Below, piece after piece: positions 41,201 through 56,499 of a DNA stretch of 64,000 bases. Numbering within the stretch: position 1 is the stretch's first letter; every line of letters begins with the position of its first letter. The position numbers and the translations under genes are program-made. This stretch comes from Auanema rhodensis (Eukaryota; Animalia; Nematoda). The notes under the pieces were generated by a model, which did no database searches, was not told the DNA's origin, and saw nothing but the letters and a program-made list of their open reading frames with translations. The stretch spans positions 2,046,001-2,110,000 of the forward strand of contig OZ059895.1 in NCBI GenBank assembly GCA_964057225.1. Reading direction: 5' to 3'.

Positions 41201-44200
41201 CGTCGATCTGTGTTATCAGATTTGCGCTAGCTTAAAAATGCACCGAGATATCAACTGATATAAGTTCACACTTATATCCTCGATTTTCACCCTGAAGAAT
41301 TAATTTTTTCGTTGAATAACATCGTCCATCGTCTTTGCCTTGAAAAATGGAATCTAAAAACATCTACTTTTTGCTAAATTATTTTGAAATTTTTCGAAAA
41401 AATTTTTGTCAAAATGTTTTTGGAAGCAATGTTGAGTGTACATGGAAACTCAACATACACTAATGCATCATTTTTCAAACGATCATAACTAATTTTTGTA
41501 TTAAGCGTTTCTCAATGTAGTATAGTGCATTCGATGCGGATTTTTAAGCTGCGTCGATCTGTGTTATCAGATTTGCGCTAGCTTAAAAATGCACCGAGAT
41601 ATCAACTGATATAAGTTTACACTTATATCCTCGATTTTCACCCTGAAGAATTAATTTTTTCGTTGAATAACATCGTCCATCGTCTTTGCCTTGAAAAATG
41701 GAATCTACAAACATCTACTTTTTGCTAAATTATTTTGAAATTTTTCGAAAAAATTTTTGTCAAAATGTTTTTGGAAGCAATGTTGAGTGTACGTGGAAAC
41801 TCAACATACACTAATGCATCATTTTTCAAAAGATCATAACTAATTTTTGTTTTAAGCTTTTCTCAATGTAGTATAGTGCATTCGATGCGGATTTTTAAGC
41901 TGCGTCGATCTGTGTTATCAGATTTGCGCTAGCTTAAAAATGCACCGAGATATCAACTGATATAAGTTCACACTTATATCCTCGATTTTCACCCTGAAGA
42001 ATTAATTTTTTCGTTGAATAACATCATCCATCGTCTTTGCCTTGAAAAACGGAATCTAAAAACATCTACTTTTTGCTAAATTATTTTGAAATTTTTCGAA
42101 AAAATTTTTGTCAAAATGTTTTTGGAAGCAATGTTGAGTGTACATGGAACTCAACATACACTAATGCATCATTTTTCAAACGATCATAACTAATTTTTGT
42201 ATTAAGCGTTTCTCAATGTAGTATAGTGCATTCGATGCGGATTTTTAAGCTGCGTCGATCTGTGTTATCAGATTTGCGCTAGCTTAAAAATGCACCGAGA
42301 TATCAACTGATATAAGTTCACACTTATATCCTCGATTTTCACCCTGAAGAATTAATTTTTTCGTTGAATAACATCGTCCATCGTCTTTGCCTTGAAAAAT
42401 GGAATCTAAAAACATCTACTTTTTGCTAAATTATTTTGAAATTTTTCGAAAAAATTTTTGTCAAAATGTTTTTGGAAGCAATGTTGAGTGTACATGAAAA
42501 CTCAACATACACTAATGCATCATTTTTCAAACGATTATAACTAATTTTTGTATTAAGCTTTTCTCAATGTAGTATAGTGCATTCGATGCGGATTTTTAAG
42601 CTGCGTCGATCTGTGTTATCAGATTTGCGCTAGCTTAAAAATGCACCGAGATATCAACTGATATAAGTTCACACTTATATTCTTGATTTTCACCCTGAAG
42701 AATTAATTTTTTCGTTGAATAACATTGTCCATCGTCTTTGCCTTGAAAAATGAAATCTAAAAACATCTACTTTTTGCTAAATTATTTTGAAATTTTTCGA
42801 AAAAATTTTTGTCAAAATGTTTTTGGAAGCAATGTTGAGTGTACATGGAAACTCAACATACACTAATGCATCATTTTTCAAACGATCATAACTAATTTTT
42901 GTATTAAGCTTTTCTCAATGTAGTATAGTGCATTCGATGCGGATTTTTAAGCTGCGTCGATCTGTGTTATCAGATTTGCGCTAGCTTAAAAATGCACCGA
43001 GATATCAACTGATATAAGTTCACACTTATATCCTCGATTTTCACCCTGAAGAATTAATTTTTTCGTTGAATAACATCGTCCATCGTCTTTGCCTTGAAAA
43101 ATGGAATCTAAAAACATCTACTTTTTGCTAAATTATTTTGAAATTTTTCGAAAAAATTTTTGTCAAAATGTTTTTGGAAGCAATGTTGAGTGTACATGGA
43201 AACTCAACATACACTAATGCATCATTTTTCAAACGATCATAACTAATTTTTGTATTAAGCGTTTCTCAATGTAGTATAGTGCATTCGATGCGGATTTTTA
43301 AGCTGCGTCGATCTGTGTTATCAGATTTGCGCTAGCTTAAAAATGCACCGAGATATCAACTGATATAAGTTTACACTTATATCCTCGATTTTCACCCTGA
43401 AGAATTAATTTTTTCGTTGAATAACATCGTCCATCGTCTTTGCCTTGAAAAATGGAATCTAAAAACATCTACTTTTTGCTAAATTATTTTGAAATTTTTC
43501 GAAAAAATTTTTGTCAAAATGTTTTTGGAAGCAATGTTGAGTGTACGTGGAAACTCAACATACACTAATGCATCATTTTTCAAAAGATCATAACTAATTT
43601 TTGTTTTAAGCTTTTCTCAATGTAGTATAGTGCATTCGATGCGGATTTTTAAGCTGCGTCGATCTGTGTTATCAGATTTGCGCTAGCTTAAAAATGCACC
43701 GAGATATCAACTGATATAAGTTCACACTTATATCCTCGATTTTCACCCTGAAGAATTAATTTTTTCGTTGAATAACATCATCCATCGTCTTTGCCTTGAA
43801 AAACGGAATCTAAAAACATCTACTTTTTGCTAAATTATTTTGAAATTTTTCGAAAAAATTTTTGTCAAAATGTTTTTGGAAGCAATGTTGAGTGTACATG
43901 GAACTCAACATACACTAATGCATCATTTTTCAAACGATCATAACTAATTTTTGTATTAAGCGTTTCTCAATGTAGTATAGTGCATTCGATACGGATTTTT
44001 AAGCTGCGTCGATCTGTGTTATCAGATTTGCGCTAGCTTAAAAATGCACCGAGATATCAACTGATATAAGTTCACACTTATATCCTCGATTTTCACCCTG
44101 AAGAATTAATTTTTTCGTTGAATAACATCGTCCATCGTCTTTGCCTTGAAAAATGGAATCTAAAAACATCTACTTTTTGCTAAATTATTTTGAAATTTTT

Positions 44201-45170
44201 CGAAAAAATTTTTGTCAAAATGTTTTTGGAAGCAATGTTGAGTGTACATGAAAACTCAACATACACTAATGCATCATTTTTCAAACGATTATAACTAATT
44301 TTTGTATTAAGCTTTTCTCAATGTAGTATAGTGCATTCGATGCGGATTTTTAAGCTGCGTCGATCTGTGTTATCAGATTTGCGCTAGCTTAAAAATGCAC
44401 CGAGATATCAACTGATATAAGTTCACACTTATATTCTTGATTTTCACCCTGAAGAATTAATTTTTTCGTTGAATAACATTGTCCATCGTCTTTGCCTTGA
44501 AAAATGAAATCTAAAAACATCTACTTTTTGCTAAATTATTTTGAAATTTTTCGAAAAAATTTTTGTCAAAATGTTTTTGGAAGCAATGTTGAGTGTACAT
44601 GGAAACTCAACATACACTAATGCATCATTTTTCAAACGATCATAACTAATTTTTGTATTAAGCTTTTCTCAATGTAGTATAGTGCATTCGATGCGGATTT
44701 TTAAGCTGCGTCGATCTGTGTTATCAGATTTGCGCTAGCTTAAAAATGCACCGAGATATCAACTGATATAAGTTCACACTTATATCCTCGATTTTCACCC
44801 TGAAGAATTAATTTTTTCGTTGAATAACATCGTCCATCGTCTTTGCCTTGAAAAATGGAATCTAAAAACATCTACTTTTTGCTAAATTATTTTGAAATTT
44901 TTCGAAAAAATTTTTGTCAAAATGTTTTTGGAAGCAATGTTGAGTGTACATGGAAACTCAACATACACTAATGCATCATTTTTCAAACGATCATAACTAA
45001 TTTTTGTATCAAGCGTTTCTCAATGTAGTATAGTGCATTCGATGCGGATTTTTAAGCTGCGTCGATCTGTGTTATCAGATTTGCGCTAGCTTAAAAATGC
45101 ACCGAGATATCAACTGATATAAGTTTACACTTATATCCTCGATTTTCACCCTGAAGAATTAATTTTTTCG
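38250..45170. repeat. 5-mer higher-order repeat, third run, with one truncated 2-mer unit
   Basis: Deletions near 39693, 40394 (701 apart), 42148 and 43902 (1754 apart). The TATTCTTG marker is near 38471, 40926, 42681 and 44434. Confidence 0.88.
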
Positions 45171-48100
45171 TTGAATAACATTGTCCATCGTCTTTGCCTT
45201 GAAAAATGGAATCTAAAAACATCTACTTTTTGCTAAATTATTTTGAAATTTTTCGAAAAAATTTTTGTCAAAATGTTTTTGGAAGCAATGTTGAGTGTAC
45301 ATGGAAACTCAACATACACTAATGCATCATTTTTCAAACGATCATAACTAATTTTTGTATTAAGCTTTTCTCAATGTAGTATAGTGCATTCGATGCGGAT
45401 TTTCAAGCTGCGTCGATCTGTGTTATCAGATTTGCGCTAGCTTAAAAATGCACCGAGATATCAACTGATATAAGTTTACACTTATATCCTCGATTTTCAC
45501 CCTGAAGAATTAATTTTTTCGTTGAATAACATTGTCCATCGTCTTTGCCTTGAAAAATGGAATCTAAAAACATCTACTTTTTGCTAAATTATTTTGAAAT
45601 TTTTCGAAAAAATTTTTGTCAAAATGTTTTTGGAAGCAATGTTGAGTGTACATGGAAACTCAACATACACTAATGCATCATTTTTCAAACGATCATAACT
45701 AATTTTTGTATTAAGCTTTTCTCAATGTAGTATAGTGCATTCGATGCGGATTTTTAAGCTGCGTCGATCTGTGTTATCAGATTTGCGCTAGCTTAAAAAT
45801 GCACCGAGATATCAACTGATATAAGTTTACACTTATATCCTCGATTTTCACCCTGAAGAACTAATTTTTTCGTTGAATAACATCGTCCATCGTCTTTGCC
45901 TTGAAAATTGGAATCTAAAAACATCTACTTTTTGCTAAATTATTTTGAAATTTTTCGAAAAAATTTTTGTCAAAATGTTTTTGGAAGCAATGTTGAGTGT
46001 ACGTGGAAACTCAACATACACTAATGCATCATTTTTCAAACGATTATAACTAATTTTTGTATTAAGCTTTTCTCAATGTAGTATAGTGCATTCGATGCGG
46101 ATTTTTAAGCTGCGTCGATCTGTGTTATCAGATTTGCGCTAGCTTAAAAATGCACCGAGATATCAACTGATATAAGTTTACACTTATATCCTCGATTTTC
46201 ACCCTGAAGAATTAATTTTTTCGTTAAATAACATTGTCCATCGTCTTTGCCTTGAAAAATGGAATCTAAAAACATCTACTTTTTGCTAAATTATTTCGAA
46301 ATTTTTCGAAAAAATTTTTGTCAAAATGTTTTTGGAAGCAATGTTGAGTGTACATGGAAACTCAACATACACTAATGCATCATTTTTCAAACGATCATAA
46401 CTAATTTTTGTATTAAGCGTTTCTCAATGTAGTATAGTGCATTCGATGCGGATTTTTAAGCTGCGTCGATCTGTGTTATCAGATTTGCGCTAGCTTAAAA
46501 ATGCACCGAGATATCAACTGATATAAGTTCACACTTATATCCTCGATTTTCACCCTGAAGAATTAATTTTTTCGTTGAATAACATCGTCCATCGTCTTTG
46601 CCTTGAAAAATGGAATCTAAAAACATCTACTTTTTGCTAAATTATTTTGAAATTTTTCGAAAAAAGTTTTGTCAAAATGTTTTTGGAAGCAATGTTGAGT
46701 GTACATGGAAACTCAACATACACTAATGCATCATTTTTCAAACGATCATAACTAATTTTTGTATTAAGCTTTTCTCAATGTAGTATAGTGCATTCGATGC
46801 GGATTTTTAAGCTGCGTCGATCTGTGTTATCAGATTTGCGCTAGCTTAAAAATGCACCGAGATATCAACTGATATAAGTTTACACTTATATCCTCGATTT
46901 TCACCCTGAAGAATTAATTTTTTCGTTGAATAACATTGTCCATCGTCTTTGCCTTGAAAAATGGAATCTAAAAACATCTACTTTGTGCTAAATTATTTCG
47001 AAATTTTTCGAAAAAATTTTTGTCAAAATGTTTTTGGAAGCAATGTTGAGTGTACATGGAAACTCAACATACACTAATGCATCATTTTTCAAACGATCAT
47101 AACTAATTTTTGTATTAAGCGTTTCTCAATGTAGTATAGTGCATTCGATGCGGATTTTTAAGCTGCGTCGATCTGTGTTATCAGATTTGCGCTAGCTTAA
47201 AAATGCACCGAGATATCAACTGATATAAGTTCACACTTATATCCTCGATTTTCACCCTGAAGAATTAATTTTTTCGTTGAATAACATCGTCCATCGTCTT
47301 TGCCTTGAAAAATGGAATCTAAAAACATCTACTTTTTGCTAAATTATTTTGAAATTTTTCGAAAAAATTTTTGTCAAAATGTTTTTGGAAGCAATCGTTG
47401 AGTGTACGTGGAAACTCAACATACACTAATGCATCATTTTTCAAACGATCATAACTAATTTTTGTATTAAGCTTTTCTCAATGTAGTATAGTGCATTCGA
47501 TGCGGATTTTTAAGCTGCGTCGATCTGTGTTATCAGATTTGCGCTAGCTTAAAAATGCACCGAGATATCAACTGATATAAGTTTACACTTATATCCTCGA
47601 TTTTCACCCTGAAGAATTAATTTTTTCGTTGAATAACATTGTCCATCGTCTTTGCCTTGAAAAATGGAATCTAAAAACATCTACTTTTTGCTAAATTATT
47701 TCGAAATTTTTCGAAAAAATTTTTGTCAAAATGTTTTTGGAAGCAATGTTGAGTGTACATGGAAACTCAACATACACTAATGCATCATTTTTCAAACGAT
47801 CATAACTAATTTTTGTATTAAGCGTTTCTCAATGTAGTATAGTGCATTCGATGCGGATTTTTAAGCTGCGTCGATCTGTGTTATCAGATTTGCGCTAGCT
47901 TAAAAATGCACCGAGATATCAACTGATATAAGTTCACACTTATATCCTCGATTTTCACCCTGAAGAATTAATTTTTTCGTTGAATAACATCGTCCATCGT
48001 CTTTGCCTTGAAAAATGGAATCTAAAAACATCTACTTTTTGCTAAATTATTTTGAAATTTTTCGAAAAAATTTTTGTCAAAATGTTTTTGGAAGCAATGT

Positions 48101-50539
48101 TGAGTGTACATGGAAACTCAACATACACTAATGCATCATTTTTCAAACGATCATAACTAATTTTTGTATTAAGCTTTTCTCAATGTAGTATAGTGCATTC
48201 GATGCGGATTTTTAAGCTGCGTCGATCTGTGTTATCAGATTTGCGCTAGCTTAAAAATGCACCGAGATATCAACTGATATAAGTTTACACTTATATCCTC
48301 GATTTTCACCCTGAAGAATTAATTTTTTCGTTGAATAACATTGTCCATCGTCTTTGCCTTGAAAAATGGAATCTAAAAACATCTACTTTGTGCTAAATTA
48401 TTTCGAAATTTTTCGAAAAAATTTTTGTCAAAATGTTTTTGGAAGCAATGTTGAGTGTACATGGAAACTCAACATACACTAATGCATCATTTTTCAAACG
48501 ATCATAACTAATTTTTGTATTAAGCGTTTCTCAATGTAGTATAGTGCATTCGATGCGGATTTTTAAGCTGCGTCGATCTGTGTTATCAGATTTGCGCTAG
48601 CTTAAAAATGCACCGAGATATCAACTGATATAAGTTCACACTTATATCCTCGATTTTCACCCTGAAGAATTAATTTTTTCGTTGAATAACATCGTCCATC
48701 GTCTTTGCCTTGAAAAATGGAATCTAAAAACATCTACTTTTTGCTAAATTATTTTGAAATTTTTCGAAAAAATTTTTGTCAAAATGTTTTTGGAAGCAAT
48801 GTTGAGTGTACATGGAAACTCAACATACACTAATGCATCATTTTTCAAACGATCATAACTAATTTTTGTATTAAGCGTTTCTCAATGTAGTATAGTGCAT
48901 TCGATGCGGATTTTTAAGCTGCGTCGATCTGTGTTATCAGATTTGCGCTAGCTTAAAAATGCACCGAGATATCAACTGATATAAGTTTACACTTATATCC
49001 TCGATTTTCACCCTGAAGAATTAATTTTTTCGTTGAATAACATTGTCCATCGTCTTTGCCTTGAAAAATGGAATCTAAAAACATCTACTTTGTGCTAAAT
49101 TATTTCGAAATTTTTCGAAAAAATTTTTGTCAAAATGTTTTTGGAAGCAATGTTGAGTGTACATGGAAACTCAACATACACTAATGCATCATTTTTCAAA
49201 CGATCATAACTAATTTTTGTATTAAGCGTTTCTCAATGTAGTATAGTGCATTCGATGCGGATTTTTAAGCTGCGTCGATCTGTGTTATCAGATTTGCGCT
49301 AGCTTAAAAATGCACCGAGATATCAACTGATATAAGTTCACACTTATATCCTCGATTTTCACCCTGAAGAATTAATTTTTTCGTTGAATAACATCGTCCA
49401 TCGTCTTTGCCTTGAAAAATGGAATCTAAAAACATCTACTTTTTGCTAAATTATTTTGAAATTTTTCGAAAAAATTTTTGTCAAAATGTTTTTGGAAGCA
49501 ATGTTGAGTGTACATGGAAACTCAACATACACTAATGCATCATTTTTCAAACGATCATAACTAATTTTTGTATTAAGCGTTTCTCAATGTAGTATAGTGC
49601 ATTCGATGCGGATTTTTAAGCTGCGTCGATCTGTGTTATCAGATTTGCGCTAGCTTAAAAATGCACCGAGATATCAACTGATATAAGTTCACACTTATAT
49701 CCTCGATTTTCACCCTGAAGAATTAATTTTTTCGTTGAATAACATCGTCCATCGTCTTTGCCTTGAAAAATGGAATCTAAAAACATCTACTTTTTGCTAA
49801 ATTATTTTGAAATTTTTCGAAAAAATTTTTGTCAAAATGTTTTTGGAAGCAATGTTGAGTGTACATGGAAACTCAACATACACTAATGCATCATTTTTCA
49901 AACGATCATAACTAATTTTTGTATTAAGCGTTTCTCAATGTAGTATAGTGCATTCGATGCGGATTTTTAAGCTGCGTCGATCTGTGTTATCAGATTTGCG
50001 CTAGCTTAAAAATGCACCGAGATATCAACTGATATAAGTTCACACTTATATCCTCGATTTTCACCCTGAAGAATTAATTTTTTCGTTGAATAACATTGTC
50101 CTTCGTCTTTGCCTTGAAAAAAGGAATCTAAAAACATCTACTTTTTGCTAAATTATTTTGAAATTTTTCGAAAAAATTTTTGTCAAAATGTTTTTGGAAG
50201 CAATGTTGAGTGTACATGGAAACTCAACATACACTAATGCATCATTTTTCAAACGATCATAACTAATTTTCGTATTAAGCGTTTCTCAATGTAGTATAGT
50301 GCATTCGATGCGGATTTTTAAGCTGCGTCGATCTGTGTTATCAGATTTGCGCTAGCTTAAAAATGCACCGAGATATCAACTGATATAAGTTCACACTTAT
50401 ATCCTCGATTTTCACCCTGAAGAATTTATTTTTTCGTTGAATAACATTGTCCTTCGTCTTTGCCTTGAAAAAAGGAATCTAAAAACATCTACTTTTTGCT
50501 AAATTATTTTGAAATTTTTCGAAAAAATTTTTGTCAAAA

Positions 50540-53500
50540 TGTTTTTGGAAGCAATGTTGAGTGTACATGGAAACTCAACATACACTAATGCATCATTTTT
50601 CAAACGATCATAACTAATTTTCGTATTAAGCGTTTCTCAATGTAGTATAGTGCATTCGATGCGGATTTTTAAGCTGCGTCGATCTGTGTTATCAGATTTG
50701 CGCTAGCTTAAAAATGCACCGAGATATCAACTGATATAAGTTCACACTTATATCCTCGATTTTCACCCTGAAGAATTTATTTTTTCGTTGAATAACATTG
50801 TCCTTCGTCTTTGCCTTGTAAAAAGGAATCTAAAAACATCTACTTTTTGCTAAATTATTTTGAAATTTTTCGAAAAAATTTTTGTCAAAATGTTTTTGGA
50901 AGCAATGTTGAGTGTACATGGAAACTCAACATACACTAATGCATCATTTTTCAAACGATCATAACTAATTTTCGTATTAAGCGTTTCTCAATGTAGTATA
51001 GTGCATTCGATGCGGATTTTTAAGCTGCGTCGATCTGTGTTATCAGATTTGCGCTAGCTTAAAAATGCACCGAGATATCAACTGATATAAGTTTACACTT
51101 ATATCCTCGATTTTCACCCTGAAGAATTAATTTTTTCGTTGAATAACATTGTCCATCGTCTTTGCCTTGAAAAATGGAATCTAAAAACATCTACTTTGTG
51201 CTAAATTATTTCGAAATTTTTCGAAAAAATTTTTGTCAAAATGTTTTTGGAAGCAATGTTGAGTGTACATGGAAACTCAACATACACTAATGCATCATTT
51301 TTCAAACGATCATAACTAATTTTCGTATTAAGCGTTTCTCAATGTAGTATAGTGCATTCGATGCGGATTTTTAAGCTGCGTCGATCTGTGTTATCAGATT
51401 TGCGCTAGCTTAAAAATGCACCGAGATATCAACTGATATAAGTTCACACTTATATCCTCGATTTTCACCCTGAAGAATTTATTTTTTCGTTGAATAACAT
51501 TGTCCTTCGTCTTTGCCTTGTAAAAAGGAATCTAAAAACATCTACTTTTTGCTAAATCATTTTGAAATTTTTCGAAAAAATTTTTGTCAAAATGTTTTTG
51601 GAAGCAATGTTGAGTGTACATGGAAACTCAACATACACTAATGCATCATTTTTCAAACGATCATAACTAATTTTCGTATTAAGCGTTTCTCAATGTAGTA
51701 TAGTGCATTCGATGCGGATTTTTAAGCTGCGTCGATCTGTGTTATCAGATTTGCGCTAGCTTAAAAATGCACCGAGATATCAACTGATATAAGTTTACAC
51801 TTATATCCTCGATTTTCACCCTGAAGAATTAATTTTTTCGTTGAATAACATTGTCCATCGTCTTTGCCTTGAAAAATGGAATCTAAAAACATCTACTTTG
51901 TGCTAAATTATTTCGAAATTTTTCGAAAAAATTTTTGTCAAAATGTTTTTGGAAGCAATGTTGAGTGTACATGGAAACTCAACATACACTAATGCATCAT
52001 TTTTCAAACGATCATAACTAATTTTCGTATTAAGCGTTTCTCAATGTAGTATAGTGCATTCGATGCGGATTTTTAAGCTGCGTCGATCTGTGTTATCAGA
52101 TTTGCGCTAGCTTAAAAATGCACCGAGATATCAACTGATATAAGTTCACACTTATATCCTCGATTTTCACCCTGAAGAATTTATTTTTTCGTTGAATAAC
52201 ATTGTCCTTCGTCTTTGCCTTGTAAAAAGGAATCTAAAAACATCTACTTTTTGCTAAATTATTTTGAAATTTTTCGAAAAAATTTTTGTCAAAATGTTTT
52301 TGGAAGCAATGTTGAGTGTACATGGAAACTCAACATACACTAATGCATCATTTTTCAAACGATCATAACTAATTTTCGTATTAAGCGTTTCTCAATGTAG
52401 TATAGTGCATTCGATGCGGATTTTTAAGCTGCGTCGATCTGTGTTATCAGATTTGCGCTAGCTTAAAAATGCACCGAGATATCAACTGATATAAGTTTAC
52501 ACTTATATCCTCGATTTTCACCCTGAAGAATTAATTTTTTCGTTGAATAACATTGTCCATCGTCTTTGCCTTGAAAAATGGAATCTAAAAACATCTACTT
52601 TGTGCTAAATTATTTCGAAATTTTTCGAAAAAATTTTTGTCAAAATGTTTTTGGAAGCAATGTTGAGTGTACATGGAAACTCAACATACACTAATGCATC
52701 ATTTTTCAAACGATCATAACTAATTTTCGTATTAAGCGTTTCTCAATGTAGTATAGTGCATTCGATGCGGATTTTTAAGCTGCGTCGATCTGTGTTATCA
52801 GATTTGCGCTAGCTTAAAAATGCACCGAGATATCAACTGATATAAGTTCACACTTATATCCTCGATTTTCACCCTGAAGAATTTATTTTTTCGTTGAATA
52901 ACATTGTCCTTCGTCTTTGCCTTGTAAAAAGGAATCTAAAAACATCTACTTTTTGCTAAATTATTTTGAAATTTTTCGAAAAAATTTTTGTCAAAATGTT
53001 TTTGGAAGCAATGTTGAGTGTACATGGAAACTCAACATACACTAATGCATCATTTTTCAAACGATCATAACTAATTTTCGTATTAAGCGTTTCTCAATGT
53101 AGTATAGTGCATTCGATGCGGATTTTTAAGCTGCGTCGATCTGTGTTATCAGATTTGCGCTAGCTTAAAAATGCACCGAGATATCAACTGATATAAGTTT
53201 ACACTTATATCCTCGATTTTCACCCTGAAGAATTAATTTTTTCGTTGAATAACATTGTCCATCGTCTTTGCCTTGAAAAATGGAATCTAAAAACATCTAC
53301 TTTGTGCTAAATTATTTCGAAATTTTTCGAAAAAATTTTTGTCAAAATGTTTTTGGAAGCAATGTTGAGTGTACATGGAAACTCAACATACACTAATGCA
53401 TCATTTTTCAAACGATCATAACTAATTTTTGTATTAAGCGTTTCTCAATGTAGTATAGTGCATTCGATGCGGATTTTTAAGCTGCGTCGATCTGTGTTAT

Positions 53501-54050
53501 CAGATTTGCGCTAGCTTAAAAATGCACCGAGATATCAACTGATATAAGTTCACACTTATATCCTCGATTTTCACCCTGAAGAATTAATTTTTTCGTTGAA
53601 TAACATCGTCCATCGTCTTTGCCTTGAAAAATGGAATCTAAAAACATCTACTTTTTGCTAAATTATTTTGAAATTTTTCGAAAAAATTTTTGTCAAAATG
53701 TTTTTGGAAGCAATGTTGAGTGTACATGGAAACTCAACATACACTAATGCATCATTTTTCAAACGATCATAACTAATTTTTGTATTAAGCGTTTCTCAAT
53801 GTAGTATAGTGCATTCGATGCGGATTTTTAAGCTGCGTCGATCTGTGTTATCAGATTTGCGCTAGCTTAAAAATGCACCGAGATATCAACTGATATAAGT
53901 TTACACTTATATCCTCGATTTTCACCCTGAAGAATTAATTTTTTCGTTGAATAACATTGTCCATCGTCTTTGCCTTGAAAAATGGAATCTAAAAACATCT
54001 ACTTTGTGCTAAATTATTTCGAAATTTTTCGAAAAAATTTTTGTCAAAAT
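50540..54050. repeat. Dimeric (702-bp) higher-order repeat
   Basis: TTTGTGCT with TATTTCGAA occurs at 51198, 51900, 52602, 53304 and 54006. CCTTGTAAAAAGG occurs in the alternate monomers at about 50819, 51521, 52223 and 52925. Confidence 0.88.
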
Positions 54051-56499
54051 GTTTTTGGAAGCAATGTTGAGTGTACATGGAAACTCAACATACACTAATG
54101 CATCATTTTTCAAACGATCATAACTAATTTTTGTATTAAGCGTTTCTCAATGTAGTATAGTGCATTCGATGCGGATTTTTAAGCTGCGTCGATCTGTGTT
54201 ATCAGATTTGCGCTAGCTTAAAAATGCACCGAGATATCAACTGATATAAGTTCACACTTATATCCTCGATTTTCACCCTGAAGAATTAATTTTTTCGTTG
54301 AATAACATCGTCCATCGTCTTTGCCTTGAAAAATGGAATCTAAAAACATCTACTTTTTGCTAAATTATTTTGAAATTTTTCGAAAAAATTTTTGTCAAAA
54401 TGTTTTTGGAAGCAATGTTGAGTGTACATGGAAACTCAACATACACTAATGCATCATTTTTCAAACGATCATAACTAATTTTTGTATTAAGCGTTTCTCA
54501 ATGTAGTATAGTGCATTCGATGCGGATTTTTAAGCTGCGTCGATCTGTGTTATCAGATTTGCGCTAGCTTAAAAATGCACCGAGATATCAACTGATATAA
54601 GTTCACACTTATATCCTCGATTTTCACCCTGAAGAATTAATTTTTTCGTTGAATAACATCGTCCATCGTCTTTGCCTTGAAAAATGGAATCTAAAAACAT
54701 CTACTTTTTGCTAAATTATTTTGAAATTTTTCGAAAAAATTTTTGTCAAAATGTTTTTGGAAGCAATGTTGAGTGTACATGGAAACTCAACATACACTAA
54801 TGCATCATTTTTCAAACGATCATAACTAATTTTTGTATTAAGCGTTTCTCAATGTAGTATAGTGCATTCGATGCGGATTTTTAAGCTGCGTCGATCTGTG
54901 TTATCAGATTTGCGCTAGCTTAAAAATGCACCGAGATATCAACTGATATAAGTTCACACTTATATCCTCGATTTTCACCCTGAAGAATTAATTTTTTCGT
55001 TGAATAACATTGTCCTTCGTCTTTGCCTTGAAAAAAGGAATCTAAAAACATCTACTTTTTGCTAAATTATTTTGAAATTTTTCGAAAAAATTTTTGTCAA
55101 AATGTTTTTGGAAGCAATGTTGAGTGTACATGGAAACTCAACATACACTAATGCATCATTTTTCAAACGATCATAACTAATTTTCGTATTAAGCGTTTCT
55201 CAATGTAGTATAGTGCATTCGATGCGGATTTTTAAGCTGCGTCGATCTGTGTTATCAGATTTGCGCTAGCTTAAAAATGCACCGAGATATCAACTGATAT
55301 AAGTTCACACTTATATCCTCGATTTTCACCCTGAAGAATTTATTTTTTCGTTGAATAACATTGTCCTTCGTCTTTGCCTTGTAAAAAGGAATCTAAAAAC
55401 ATCTACTTTTTGCTAAATTATTTTGAAATTTTTCGAAAAAATTTTTGTCAAAATGTTTTTGGAAGCAATGTTGAGTGTACATGGAAACTCAACATACACT
55501 AATGCATCATTTTTCAAACGATCATAACTAATTTTCGTATTAAGCGTTTCTCAATGTAGTATAGTGCATTCGATGCGGATTTTTAAGCTGCGTCGATTCG
55601 TGTTATCAGATTTGCGCTAGCTTAAAAATGCACCGAGATATCAACTGATATAAGTTCACACTTATATCCTCGATTTTCACCCTGAAGAATTAATTTTTTC
55701 GTTGAATAACATCGTCCATCGTCTTTGCCTTGAAAAATGGAATCTAAAAACATCTACTTTGTGCTAAATTATTTCGAAATTTTTCGAAAAAATTTTTGTC
55801 AAAATGTTTTTGGAAGCAATGTTGAGTGTACATGGAAACTCAACATACACTAATGCATCATTTTTCAAACGATCATAACTAATTTTTGTATTAAGCGTTT
55901 CTCAATGTAGTATAGTGCATTCGATGCGGATTTTTAAGCTGCGTCGATCTGTGTTATCAGATTTGCGCTAGCTTAAAAATGCACCGAGATATCAACTGAT
56001 ATAAGTTCACACTTATATCCTCGATTTTCACCCTGAAGAATTAATTTTTTCGTTGAATAACATCGTCCATCGTCTTTGCCTTGAAAAATGGAATCTAAAA
56101 ACATCTACTTTTTGCTAAATTATTTTGAAATTTTTCGAAAAAATTTTTGTCAAAATGTTTTTGGAAGCAATGTTGAGTGTACATGGAAACTCAACATACA
56201 CTAATGCATCATTTTTCAAACGATCATAACTAATTTTTGTATTAAGCGTTTCTCAATGTAGTATAGTGCATTCGATGCGGATTTTTAAGCTGCGTCGATC
56301 TGTGTTATCAGATTTGCGCTAGCTTAAAAATGCACCGAGATATCAACTGATATAAGTTCACACTTATATCCTCGATTTTCACCCTGAAGAATTAATTTTT
56401 TCGTTGAATAACATCGTCCATCGTCTTTGCCTTGAAAAATGGAATCTAAAAACATCTACTTTTTGCTAAATTATTTTGAAATTTTTCGAAAAAATTTTT

